The notes below the pieces were generated by a model. That model searched no databases and was not told where the DNA came from. It saw only the letters and a program-made list of their open reading frames with translations. Source: an uncultured delta proteobacterium (GTDB lineage: Bacteria; Myxococcota_A; Polyangia; Polyangiales; B10-G4). From it: DNA of 64,000 nt. Within the stretch, counting starts at the first letter, position 1. Each line of letters starts with the position of its first letter. Shown piece after piece: positions 41,161 through 51,378 of the stretch. The stretch spans positions 32,001-96,000 of the forward strand of contig CAVSGI010000011.1 of NCBI GenBank assembly GCA_963727445.1. The letters are read 5' to 3'. The translations under genes and the position numbers were made by a program.

Positions 41161-41188
41161 AAAATGCCCCGGTAGAAATCCACCGGGG
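41161..41188 (-). terminator. putative intrinsic terminator
   Basis: Minus strand CCCCGGTGG-ATTT-CTACCGGGG-CATTTT; 24 of 28 bases identical to the hairpin at 43580-43607. Confidence 0.5.
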
Positions 41189-41209
41189 AGTCGCGACGGG
41201 GTCGGTCTC

Positions 41210-41982
41210 CTACTCGACCTGCTCCGCGCGGTCGGTCAGCAGATGAACCAGCGTTCCGGGTGCCGAGCCGGCTGGGATCTCGGATCGACTCGCCGAGGAC
41301 TCCCCGCACGCATTCCTGGGTCGGCGTTCCTTCGAGGTCGCCTTGGAGCGAGACGATGGGGATCAGCGCGGTCTCCCATTCGACCCGAATGGCGAGACGG
41401 GTCACGCCGGCGCACGCAAGGATGTCCGAGCCATGCTCTTCGAGCGTCGCGCGCACCATGGCTTCGACCGACTCGCTCCGAACCGCGGCGACGTTCTCGG
41501 TAACGGTGATTTCGCCGGTATCGAGGTGGACGGTGATGAAGCGCCTTTCGCCGACGGACGGTTGAACCTGGGCGCCGTCGAACAATTCCGTCACACGCAC
41601 CAGGTCTTCCCTGGCCCGATGAAGCATCCGGCCAGCGCGAGTGGCGCCGTCGAGTCTCCTGTTGGTACGGAAACTCCGGCGGCGTGCCTCGGAGAAAGCG
41701 CGGCGCCTCTCCCTCGGTGGCCGTGCGGAACGTCTCTTCGTCGATGTATTGGCATCGTTTCCAGCGAGAGTGCGGTCCAACTGGGCAGTGCACGCGAAAC
41801 GACGTGCCGCAGGCGGTGCCGACCCAGAGTCTCCCCATCCCGGGAACGTCCTGCATCGAGCCCTGAATGTCCCGGCAGTGGTAGTCCCGATAGATCTGCT
41901 TCTCGGGCTTGGTGAGGCGCGGTCCACACGCGGACACCATCGCGATCACCGCCAGCACGCTGGCAGTTCCAATCCTCCCCAC
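41210..41982 (-). pseudogene. hypothetical lipoprotein broken by two frameshifts
   Basis: VGRIGTASVLAVIAMVSAC lipobox frame, then RMLHRAREDL...ILACAG...ECVRGVLG frame, then EIPAGSAPGTLVHLL..VE* frame. Confidence 0.5.
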
Positions 41983-42090
41983 GCGCGCAAGGTAACAGCG
42001 GACGACGCCTGCGTGAAGGTGGATGAATGGATGGAAGCCGCCGGGCGCCACTCATCAACAAACGTCACGAACAGGAGCTATCCTCGCCGC

Positions 42091-42729
42091 ATGGGCGAGG
42101 TCCTCGTGCATCGCAGACAGCGCACGCTCTTCGGCAAGCACGGCGCGGCTGGGGGCCCGGGTCTGGTCGCGGGTTCGAGGACCTTCGACGCGCTGGCGTT
42201 CGCGTTTCGCGGCATCACGCAGCGGCGTCGCGTGAAGAAGCTTCTCGCTCGTGCGGGGGCTGTCGCGCCGCTGAACACCGTCAGCGAAGGGGTCGTCCGA
42301 GTGAAGGGCCGCGTGGAAATTCTCGAGGCGGTCTCCGACCGCGGCCAGGGCCCAGTGGCGGCGTTCGCGTGGCGGGGCGCCGATGACGGCGTGTGCGGTT
42401 GCGGCGCGGACTGCACAGCGATGGTCCGCGTCGTCGAGACGCGCATGGCTGCGGGAAGGTTCTTGGTGCGCGACCAAAGTGGCGTCGCGCTCGTGACGGG
42501 GCCGTGGATTCGCCTCCTCGACGACCTCGGGGGCGACCTGAATGCCGAATCGGGCGGGCTCTACGTGCGCGAGGGCGACGCCATCACGGTGCTGGGCGAG
42601 GTCCGTCTCGACACCGTCGACGAGCCGCGAGCGCGCATGACGGATGGCTACCGAGGAGTCAGGAAGACACCGGTGTTCCTCGGCGAAGAGAGCACCCCTT
42701 TGTACGTCTTCTGCGAGCCCGAGACCTGA
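42091..42729 (+). CDS. hypothetical protein, possibly GIDE-like
   Basis: EGVVRVKGRV...FLVRDQSGVALV...VREGDAITVLG...GYR pattern. Confidence 0.6.
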   Translation: MGEVLVHRRQRTLFGKHGAAGGPGLVAGSRTFDALAFAFRGITQRRRVKKLLARAGAVAPLNTVSEGVVRVKGRVEILEAVSDRGQGPVAAFAWRGADDGVCGCGADCTAMVRVVETRMAAGRFLVRDQSGVALVTGPWIRLLDDLGGDLNAESGGLYVREGDAITVLGEVRLDTVDEPRARMTDGYRGVRKTPVFLGEESTPLYVFCEPET

Positions 42730-42806
42730 GCGTCTCGCAGTGTGGAAGTCGTCGGCTGCCGTGCTGTTGGGGGTCCCTTCTCCCACGTGGGAGCATCCAC
42801 CCCATC

Positions 42807-43211
42807 TCAGCCTCCACGCAGTCGCGCACCGATCGCTCGTCGCAATCGGTCCACGTGCGCCGCGAGCTCAGCGCGTCCGGCGTCGTCGGTGATGTGGCAC
42901 AGCTCGCTCCGATCGCTGACGAGGTGCGGCAGGGCAGAAACCACGCGCTTCATGAGAACCGCGGGCCACTCGGTCGACCTCAGGTCGTCGATGAAGTCCG
43001 GGTTCGGCGTGTTCTCGCGAGGCTCCAACATCACCTCCGCCAGACCGAGCAGCGGGGCGCCGACATCCCGGTCCACGTAGTCCTCTGCGCACGCCTCAAC
43101 GTCCCTCACGTTGCGCTCGGCTCCTTTGAGAAGGTCCGTGGGGTCACCATCGAAGAGATGGCGGACTGCGCCGTGAGCGGAGTCGTAGTCCCATGCCAAT
43201 GCCGTTGCCAT
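42807..43211 (-). CDS. small acidic protein, possibly DUF4259-like
   Basis: GGAGG RBS before ATG at 43211; DYVDRD..LGLAEV and VSDRSEL segments resemble DUF4259. Confidence 0.6.
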   Translation of the reverse strand: MATALAWDYDSAHGAVRHLFDGDPTDLLKGAERNVRDVEACAEDYVDRDVGAPLLGLAEVMLEPRENTPNPDFIDDLRSTEWPAVLMKRVVSALPHLVSDRSELCHITDDAGRAELAAHVDRLRRAIGARLRGG

Positions 43212-43367
43212 CAGTGGACCTCCTGAGGGGCGAATGTTGCATGATTGGGGCGGGTGATGACCAACCGAGTCCAAGACACGCTCGCGGCGTGCTTGTCGAG
43301 CAGAACCGTCGATGGACGCGGGTGATGCCGACGCTGCGTAGCGCACATCATCGGCGTGCGACGCAAG

Positions 43368-43588
43368 GCTGATCTTCTGCCTGTTGGTTCGTCCACTCGA
43401 GGCCGTGCGGGAGGGTCCCGAGGGGTTGAGGCGGGCGTGGGGTCGGGGGGTGGGAGCGCACGTCCGTTCCGCTGCGCGTGCAGCTCTGTGGTCAATTCTC
43501 GTCGCCAGTCCCCGACCGCCGATGCCCCTCGGGACCCTCCCGTGCGGCCGGGCGTGCGTTGGCCGAGCGCCCACAAAGAAAAACGCCC
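43368..43588. repeat. dispersed structured repeat, copy 2, containing a 149-bp hairpin (43401-43549)
   Basis: Arms GGCCGTGCGGGAGGGTCCCGAGGGG and CCCCTCGGGACCCTCCCGTGCGGCC; homologous to 36294-36495. Confidence 0.9.
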
Positions 43589-43610
43589 CGGTGGGAAACC
43601 ACCGGGGCGC
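43575..43610 (-). terminator. intrinsic terminator downstream of dnaK
   Basis: Minus strand CGCCCCGGTGG-TTTC-CCACCGGGGCG followed by TTTTTCTTT. Confidence 0.85.
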
Positions 43611-43648
43611 TCATTCCGTCGATCGAGCGCTCTCCAAGAGCACTCCCA

Positions 43649-43756
43649 GCTCGCGTCCTGCGTCTCCGCAACGACTACGGGGGGCTTGCGGCCCCCTTCG
43701 TCGTGGCTGCGCCTTCGGCGCGCGAGCCTTCTGCGCGGTCGCGCCGTTGGCGCGAC

Positions 43757-43757
<1 letters not shown>
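43649..43757. repeat. branched hairpin element between the dnaK stop and its terminator
   Basis: Outer stem GCTCGCG/CGCGAGC, inner GGGGC-TTGCG-GCCCC and GCGCC-TTC-GGCGC, plus GGTCGCGCC-GTT-GGCGCGACC. Confidence 0.6.
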
Positions 43758-45682
<1,925 letters not shown>

Positions 45683-45804
45683 TTTGCGTTCCTCTCCAGG
45701 TGTACTTCGAGCAGCCGACGACCCAGGCGTAGGCCGACGTACTGATTGCCGTTGCCTTCGGCGCTCCGTCTTTCAGTAGGCTTCGGAGCGCCGGGACGAC
45801 ATGT

Positions 45805-45844
45805 ACGATAACCACCCGCGTTGGGCGGTCAAGCATCGTGCCAA
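45805..45844 (-). promoter_or_regulatory. candidate dnaK promoter
   Basis: Minus strand TTGACC-16 nt-TATCGT (sigma70-like) overlapping TTGGCACGATGCTTGA (sigma54-like, but GA instead of GC at -12). Confidence 0.3.
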
Positions 45845-45865
45845 GGGGCAAATCGCCCCGCGAAA

Positions 45866-46939
45866 TCAGTCTCCGCGAGAGATCCCACGGCGCCGCGAGC
45901 GGACGACCAGGAGAAGGGCGAGCCCGCCGAGGAAGAGGCCGGTGCCCTGGTGCGTGCGGCGGCTAGGAGTGCTGCAGCCACACCCGCCGTCGTCGCCGCC
46001 CGAGGGGGTGCCGGAGTCGGTGTCGGCGTCGATGTAGTCGCCGACATCGGCGGGGATCCCCCCATCACCGGGTCCTGCATCGGATCCCGCATCGGCGACG
46101 CCGGCATCCGAGGTCGTGGAAGGCCCGAAGCCGCAGATCGGCGATGCGCCCGACGTGTCCGCGCAGATACTGCCGCCGGCGCCCACCTCCGTGCAGGTCG
46201 CGCCATCGATGCACTCCCCGTCGCCGGTGCATGGCGCCCCGCAGCGGGCGCCGCCCGTCGGGAAGGCGATGCAGACGTTCGAGTCGCAGTCCGTGTTGGC
46301 GGTGCAACGCGTGCAGCTCGAGCCGTCGCCGGGCATCACCGGGACCGAACCGTCTCCGTAGAGCGCGCAGAGCCCCATCTCGTCATCGGCGGAGAGGCCG
46401 GTGAGCATGTCGTTGTAGGCGGGGTAGAGAGGGGACATCGCGTCGTCGCTGTTGCCGAGCCCGAGGACGCGCCCGAAGGCCGCGAGATGGAGCGTGTAGA
46501 CGTCCACCGCCATGTCGCCCATGGTCCGATCGATCACCCAGGTGTAGTCCGGCAGATCGTTGGTGATGCCGCCGGAGGTGATGCATCCGGATGCCCCCCA
46601 CATCGCCGTGCCGATGTTGATCGCGCCCGCACCCATGGTCCACGTCGCTGGCCAATCGATCTGGATCGCGCCGTCGACGACCCCGTCGGCGATCCGGCCA
46701 GCGTACTCGAGGGTGATGTCCGCGCAGTCGACCGCGTTCCATGTATCGGCCGCCCGCTGGATCTCGGCGATCACCATCGCCTCGTCGAGGCTCGGCGGCG
46801 TATCGCCGATCTGGTACTGGACCGTCGTCGCACACCAAGCTGGACAGCTCGCGTCGATACAGCTCCACGCGCTCGCCGTCACCGGCGCCACCAAGAATGC
46901 CCCGAGCAGGAGCGCGCACCCGATTACCTTCGTCCCCAT
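45866..46939 (-). CDS. matrixin (M10)-like fold without Zn ligands, Cys-rich region, MYXO-CTERM tail
   Basis: Signal peptide, [40 protein letters not shown], terminal GGCGC...[12 protein letters not shown]. Confidence 0.8.
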   Translation of the reverse strand: MGTKVIGCALLLGAFLVAPVTASAWSCIDASCPAWCATTVQYQIGDTPPSLDEAMVIAEIQRAADTWNAVDCADITLEYAGRIADGVVDGAIQIDWPATWTMGAGAINIGTAMWGASGCITSGGITNDLPDYTWVIDRTMGDMAVDVYTLHLAAFGRVLGLGNSDDAMSPLYPAYNDMLTGLSADDEMGLCALYGDGSVPVMPGDGSSCTRCTANTDCDSNVCIAFPTGGARCGAPCTGDGECIDGATCTEVGAGGSICADTSGASPICGFGPSTTSDAGVADAGSDAGPGDGGIPADVGDYIDADTDSGTPSGGDDGGCGCSTPSRRTHQGTGLFLGGLALLLVVRSRRRGISRGD

Positions 46940-47028
46940 GGGCGTGAGTAGGCCCGCGCGGCACGTGACCGTCAAGATGGGGCGCCGCGAAACGGGCCGG
47001 CGCCATCGACTCGTGATATCCGTGGAGC

Positions 47029-47706
47029 ATGCGGGTGTTCGTGCTCGATGACGACGACGAGACGCGCGAGGTCGTCGGTGCCGCGCTCTCTCGCGACGGC
47101 CACCAGGTGACGGCCGCGAGCACCTTCGACGAAGCCGCTGCGCTCCTCGACGAGCGCAGCTTCGACGTCCTGGTGCTCGACGTGATGCTCGGCGGCGAGC
47201 ATACCGGGCTCGAGCTCTGCACTCTGATCCGCGAAAAGGGCATCGAGACACCGGCGCTCTTCTTGAGCGCGCGGGGAGCGGTGACGGCGCGCATCGAGGG
47301 GTTCGAGGCGGGAGGCGACGACTACCTGCCCAAACCCTTCGCGCTCAAGGAGCTGGTGGCGCGGGTCCGCGCCCTCGGCCGCCGCCGTCCGGCCTTGTCG
47401 CCCCACGCGCTCGTCCTCGGCGGTCTCACCCTCGACTTCGCCGGCCGAAAGGCGCGCACCTCGGCTGGCGAGCTCTCCTTCACGGCGCGCGAGTGGGACG
47501 TCCTCGAGATCCTCGCCGACGCGCGCGGGCGCGTGGTCCCCTTCGACAGCCTGCTCGAGCGCGCCTGGGGCGACGCGACCGAGAAGTCCCGCGCGAGCCT
47601 CGCGGTGATCGTGTCGCGCCTGCGCCAGAAGATCGCGAGCGTCCACGACGCTTCGGTCATCCGCACCATGCACGGCGTCGGCTACTCCTTCGAGCTGGAC
47701 TCGTGA
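47029..47706 (+). CDS. OmpR-family response regulator
   Basis: VLDDD, LDVML, LSAR, DDYLPKPF, winged helix FTAREW...RLRQK...IRTMHGVGY. Confidence 0.95.
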   Translation: MRVFVLDDDDETREVVGAALSRDGHQVTAASTFDEAAALLDERSFDVLVLDVMLGGEHTGLELCTLIREKGIETPALFLSARGAVTARIEGFEAGGDDYLPKPFALKELVARVRALGRRRPALSPHALVLGGLTLDFAGRKARTSAGELSFTAREWDVLEILADARGRVVPFDSLLERAWGDATEKSRASLAVIVSRLRQKIASVHDASVIRTMHGVGYSFELDS

Positions 47707-49037
47707 GCGCGCGATCCATCGTCCGCTCGGTCACGCGGGCCCACGCCTACACGCTGCTCCTGTCGGGCGTGCTGACGGCGGTGGTCGCCGACGCCGCGGC
47801 GATGAGCGTGCTGGTGGATCAAGACGACGACGCGGCGCTCGCTCTCGCGCGTACTCTCGGGAGCGAGCTGTCGGACCATCGAGAGGAGTCATCGGAATCG
47901 CTCTCGGAGCTGGTCGTGCACGAAGAGGAGGAGCAGCGCTGGTTTCACCGCGAGGTGGAGGTCTGGCGGGACGGATTGCATCGCCTCGGGCCCGCGGGCG
48001 AGCCCGGTTCCCTCGCAGCTTTCAGCGAAGCCCCCGACGGCTGCGCGAGCGAGCGCGTCGCAAGTCGCTGGTCGCGGGTTTGCGTGGCGCGCCTCGAGGG
48101 CGCCCCAGCGGCCGTGGTGGTGGCCTCGCCTCTATGGGCCATCGCCGAGGCGGGGATGCCGATCCTCCTCATCGTCGGTCTCACCGCGGTCCTGTCCGCG
48201 CTGCTCCTCGCGTTGGTCGGCCGGTGGGCCATCCTTCGCGCCCTGTCGCCCCTCGGCGAATTCCAGGAGAGCCTGAGCGAGCACGACGGGCGGCCGCATA
48301 CACCACTCGCGAAGGTCGACTTCGGCGCCGAAGAGATTGATCGACTCGCGGCGGCCTTCAACGATCTCCTCGAGCGTGTGGCCACCGTCTTCGAGCGTGA
48401 GCAACGCTTCGTCGCCAACGCGGCACACGAGCTCAGGACGCCGCTCACGCGCCTCCGCGGTCAGCTCGAGCTCGCGGCCGCCGAGCTCGCCGAGGGCGGC
48501 GAGCCCAGCGAGCGACTCACGCTGGCCATTCGCTCGACCGAGGACCTGGCGCGGAGTGTCGAATCCCTGCTCGCGCTCTCGCGGAGCGAGGCCAGTGCCG
48601 ACGAGCCGGTGGACCTGGGAGAGATCGCGCGGCGCCTGGGTGACGACGCGCGGGTTCGGGTGGTCGAAGAGGCACACATGGTGGTGCGCGGTGACGGGGA
48701 GCTGCTGACGCTCGCGATGCGCAACCTCGTCGACAACGCGCTCAAGTACGCCGGCAGCGACGTTCGCGTCGTGGTGCGCGAGTCGAACGGCCGCGTCGAG
48801 ATGAGCGTCGAGGACGATGGTCCGGGGATCGCCGAGGGCGACGTGGATCGGGTGCGCGAGCCCTTCGTCCGCGGTGAGAGCAAACAGGGTGTGCGGGGGA
48901 GCGGGCTCGGCCTGGCGCTGGTCGACCACGTCGCGCAGCTGCACGGCGGCCGGCTGGAACTACGGCCGCGGACGCCGCGGGGCCTCGAGGCGGTGATCTC
49001 CATACCCGCCTCCCGTATGGCCGCCAGCGACGCCTGA
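47703..49037 (+). CDS. sensor histidine kinase
   Basis: GTGA overlap with the regulator; two TM helices, HAMP, AAHELRTPL, NLVDNALKY, DDGPG, GSGLGL. Confidence 0.93.
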   Translation: MSARSIVRSVTRAHAYTLLLSGVLTAVVADAAAMSVLVDQDDDAALALARTLGSELSDHREESSESLSELVVHEEEEQRWFHREVEVWRDGLHRLGPAGEPGSLAAFSEAPDGCASERVASRWSRVCVARLEGAPAAVVVASPLWAIAEAGMPILLIVGLTAVLSALLLALVGRWAILRALSPLGEFQESLSEHDGRPHTPLAKVDFGAEEIDRLAAAFNDLLERVATVFEREQRFVANAAHELRTPLTRLRGQLELAAAELAEGGEPSERLTLAIRSTEDLARSVESLLALSRSEASADEPVDLGEIARRLGDDARVRVVEEAHMVVRGDGELLTLAMRNLVDNALKYAGSDVRVVVRESNGRVEMSVEDDGPGIAEGDVDRVREPFVRGESKQGVRGSGLGLALVDHVAQLHGGRLELRPRTPRGLEAVISIPASRMAASDA

Positions 49038-49044
49038 AACGACC

Positions 49045-49063
49045 CGTTCAAGTCTCGTTAAAG
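49045..49063 (+). promoter_or_regulatory. candidate OmpR-type tandem binding site
   Basis: CGTTCAAG and CGTTAAAG direct repeat with 11-bp period, just upstream of the efflux operon. Confidence 0.4.
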
Positions 49064-49085
49064 CGGCGTAGCTAGCCTCGCTCCC

Positions 49086-50285
49086 ATGCGGGCCCTCCTC
49101 GCAGCATCGCTCTGCGTCCTGTGCCTGGCTTCGACGGTCCAGGCGCAGGAGCGACGACCCCTGACGCAAGCGCGGGCGCTCGGGCTCGCCGAAGAGCGCG
49201 CGCCCGACGTCCTGGTGAGCCTGGCTGACGCCGCGGTGGCGCAGAGCGAGGTGGGCGTCGCCGGCATGTTCCCCGACCCCACCATCGGCGGCGGGGTGAG
49301 CCCCAACTACACATTCATCGCGACCTTCTTCATTCAGCTGCCGGTCTTCGGACAGCGCGCGATGGCCGAGCGCGCCGCGCTCGCGCGCTCCCGGGTGGCG
49401 GAGGCGTCGGTCGACGTCCAGCGCCTCGACGCGGGCCTGGCGGCTTCCCTCGGCTGGATCGATCTGTGGGAGACGACCGCGAGGCGCTCCCTCGCCGAAG
49501 AGGAAGCCGCTCGCTTCGACCTGCTGGCCGCCGCGGCCGCTGCGCGGGTGGAGGATGGCACGGCACCCGAGCTCGAGCGGATCCGCGCCGACGCGGACAA
49601 GCATCGCGCGCACTTCGAGATCGAAGCGCTCCGCGCCTCCGAGGTCGCGGCCTCCGCGCGCCTCGCGTTTCTACTCGGCGACGAAGGCGGGGCGACGCTC
49701 TCGCCGGCGGGCGACCCCAGCGCCCCAGCACCCCCCTCGGTCGCTTCCCTCGATCGCCGTCTCGGCGATCATCCGGCGTCGCGACAGGCCCATCTGTCGA
49801 TCCACTCCGCCGAGGCCGCGGTGGACAGCGAGCATCGCGCGCGCTGGCCCCAGCTCGGCGTGGCGGTGTCGGATTGGTACGCCCGCTCGGGCAACACGCA
49901 CGACGTTCGCGTCGTGGGCACCATCAACGTCCCGATCTTCGACGAGCCACGCATCACGCGCGAGGAGGCGCGACTCAGAGCGGCAGAGGCCCGAGGCGAG
50001 GCCGTGCGCGCGCGCTTGCGCTCGGCAGCCATCTCGGCGCGCGCGGACTACGTGGCGGCGCGCCGCCGATGCGCCGCGCTGGCGGACGCGGTCGTGCCCG
50101 CGGTGCGGGATGCGGCGTCTCGGTCCCAGGACGCCTACGCCGAGGGCTCCCTCGACCTGGCCTCCGTCCAGCTGGCCGAGCAGGCGCGTGTGGACGCGGA
50201 GCGGCAGCTCCTGTCGTGTCGTGCGACGCGCGCACGGGCATGGGCGCGGCTCGCGCACGCGGCGGGAGGGCTCCATGCTGACTGA
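49086..50285 (+). CDS. TolC-family outer-membrane efflux protein
   Basis: Signal peptide, two OEP-like helical halves, IQLPVF and INVPIF, AYAEG; position in the operon. Confidence 0.85.
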   Translation: MRALLAASLCVLCLASTVQAQERRPLTQARALGLAEERAPDVLVSLADAAVAQSEVGVAGMFPDPTIGGGVSPNYTFIATFFIQLPVFGQRAMAERAALARSRVAEASVDVQRLDAGLAASLGWIDLWETTARRSLAEEEAARFDLLAAAAAARVEDGTAPELERIRADADKHRAHFEIEALRASEVAASARLAFLLGDEGGATLSPAGDPSAPAPPSVASLDRRLGDHPASRQAHLSIHSAEAAVDSEHRARWPQLGVAVSDWYARSGNTHDVRVVGTINVPIFDEPRITREEARLRAAEARGEAVRARLRSAAISARADYVAARRRCAALADAVVPAVRDAASRSQDAYAEGSLDLASVQLAEQARVDAERQLLSCRATRARAWARLAHAAGGLHAD

Positions 50286-51378
50286 AGCGCGCCGCGCGGC
50301 GTCGCGCGCGATCCTCGTGACGTTCTTCGTCTCCTTCTCGGGCTGTGCAGCGCCCGAAGAGCAAGAGGAGCTTCCGCCGCCGCGGGTGCACTGCGTGCCC
50401 GCCGGCGCCCGGACCATCCCCGAGACCATCGACATTCGGGGCGCGGTCGTCGCGGCCCCGGACCACAGCACCACCGTGAGCGCCGAGGTCGCCGGCCGTC
50501 TGGTGCGGGTCGCCGTGCGCGAGGGGCAGGACGTGAGCGCGGGCGACCTGATCGCCGAGGTCGAGACCCAGCCGGCGCGCGACTCCTACCGAGAGGCACA
50601 AGCGTTCTACGCGGAGGCGCTCGCCAACCGCGACTCGGCGCTCACCGAAACCCAACACGTGGAGGCGTTGGTCGAGGACGGGATCGAGGCCCGCCGAAAT
50701 CTCGAGACCCATCGCGCTGCCCTCGCGCGCGCCGAAGCGGCGCTCGCCTCCGCCCGCGCGCGCGCACACGCCGCCCAGCGGAGCCTCTCCCGCACCACCG
50801 TGACCGCGCCGCTGGCGGGTGCGGTGGTTCACCTCGTTCGCCGCGAGGGGGAGCTCGTCGACGGCACCTCCACCACGCCCATCTGCGACGTGGTGGACAT
50901 GTCGGCGCTCGAGCTCTCCGCACCCGTCACGCCCGCCCAGCTCCTCCGTCTGCATCCCGGGCAGCACGCGCGGGTTCGCTTCGACGGGCTCGACGATCTC
51001 GAGCTCGGCGCCACGGTGCGGACCATCGGGCGCGCGGTGGGGGCCAATGGGATGGGGCACGTCTGGCTCACCCTCGAGCTCGGGGACGTGACGCCTCCCC
51101 TCGGTGTGTTGGGCTCGGCTTCGGTCGCGGTCTCGGAGCCGCGGGAGGTGGTGACGGTGCCTTCCGCAGCGGTCCGCGACGGAGACGGCGAGCGTGTCGA
51201 GGTGGTGGTCTGCGATTCGGGTGTGACCGAGGTACACGAGGTCGAGGTCGGCCGGCGCGAGGACGGCTGGGTCGAGGTGAAGAGCGGCCTGTCGTCTGGT
51301 GACGAGGTCGCGGTCGACGAGGTCGTCGGGCTCGAGGATGGCGTCTCCATCGACGCGGTGGCCCCGGAAGGCTCATGA
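50275..51378 (+). CDS. RND membrane-fusion (periplasmic adaptor) lipoprotein
   Basis: FSGC lipobox, VAGRLVRVAVREGQDV, VTAPLAG, VPSAAV, VEVKSGLSSGD. Confidence 0.9.
   Translation: MLTEARRAASRAILVTFFVSFSGCAAPEEQEELPPPRVHCVPAGARTIPETIDIRGAVVAAPDHSTTVSAEVAGRLVRVAVREGQDVSAGDLIAEVETQPARDSYREAQAFYAEALANRDSALTETQHVEALVEDGIEARRNLETHRAALARAEAALASARARAHAAQRSLSRTTVTAPLAGAVVHLVRREGELVDGTSTTPICDVVDMSALELSAPVTPAQLLRLHPGQHARVRFDGLDDLELGATVRTIGRAVGANGMGHVWLTLELGDVTPPLGVLGSASVAVSEPREVVTVPSAAVRDGDGERVEVVVCDSGVTEVHEVEVGRREDGWVEVKSGLSSGDEVAVDEVVGLEDGVSIDAVAPEGS

Noticed and set aside
45683..45865. CIRCE (HrcA) operator upstream of dnaK
   Set aside because: No TTAGCACTC-N9-GAGTGCTAA match seen
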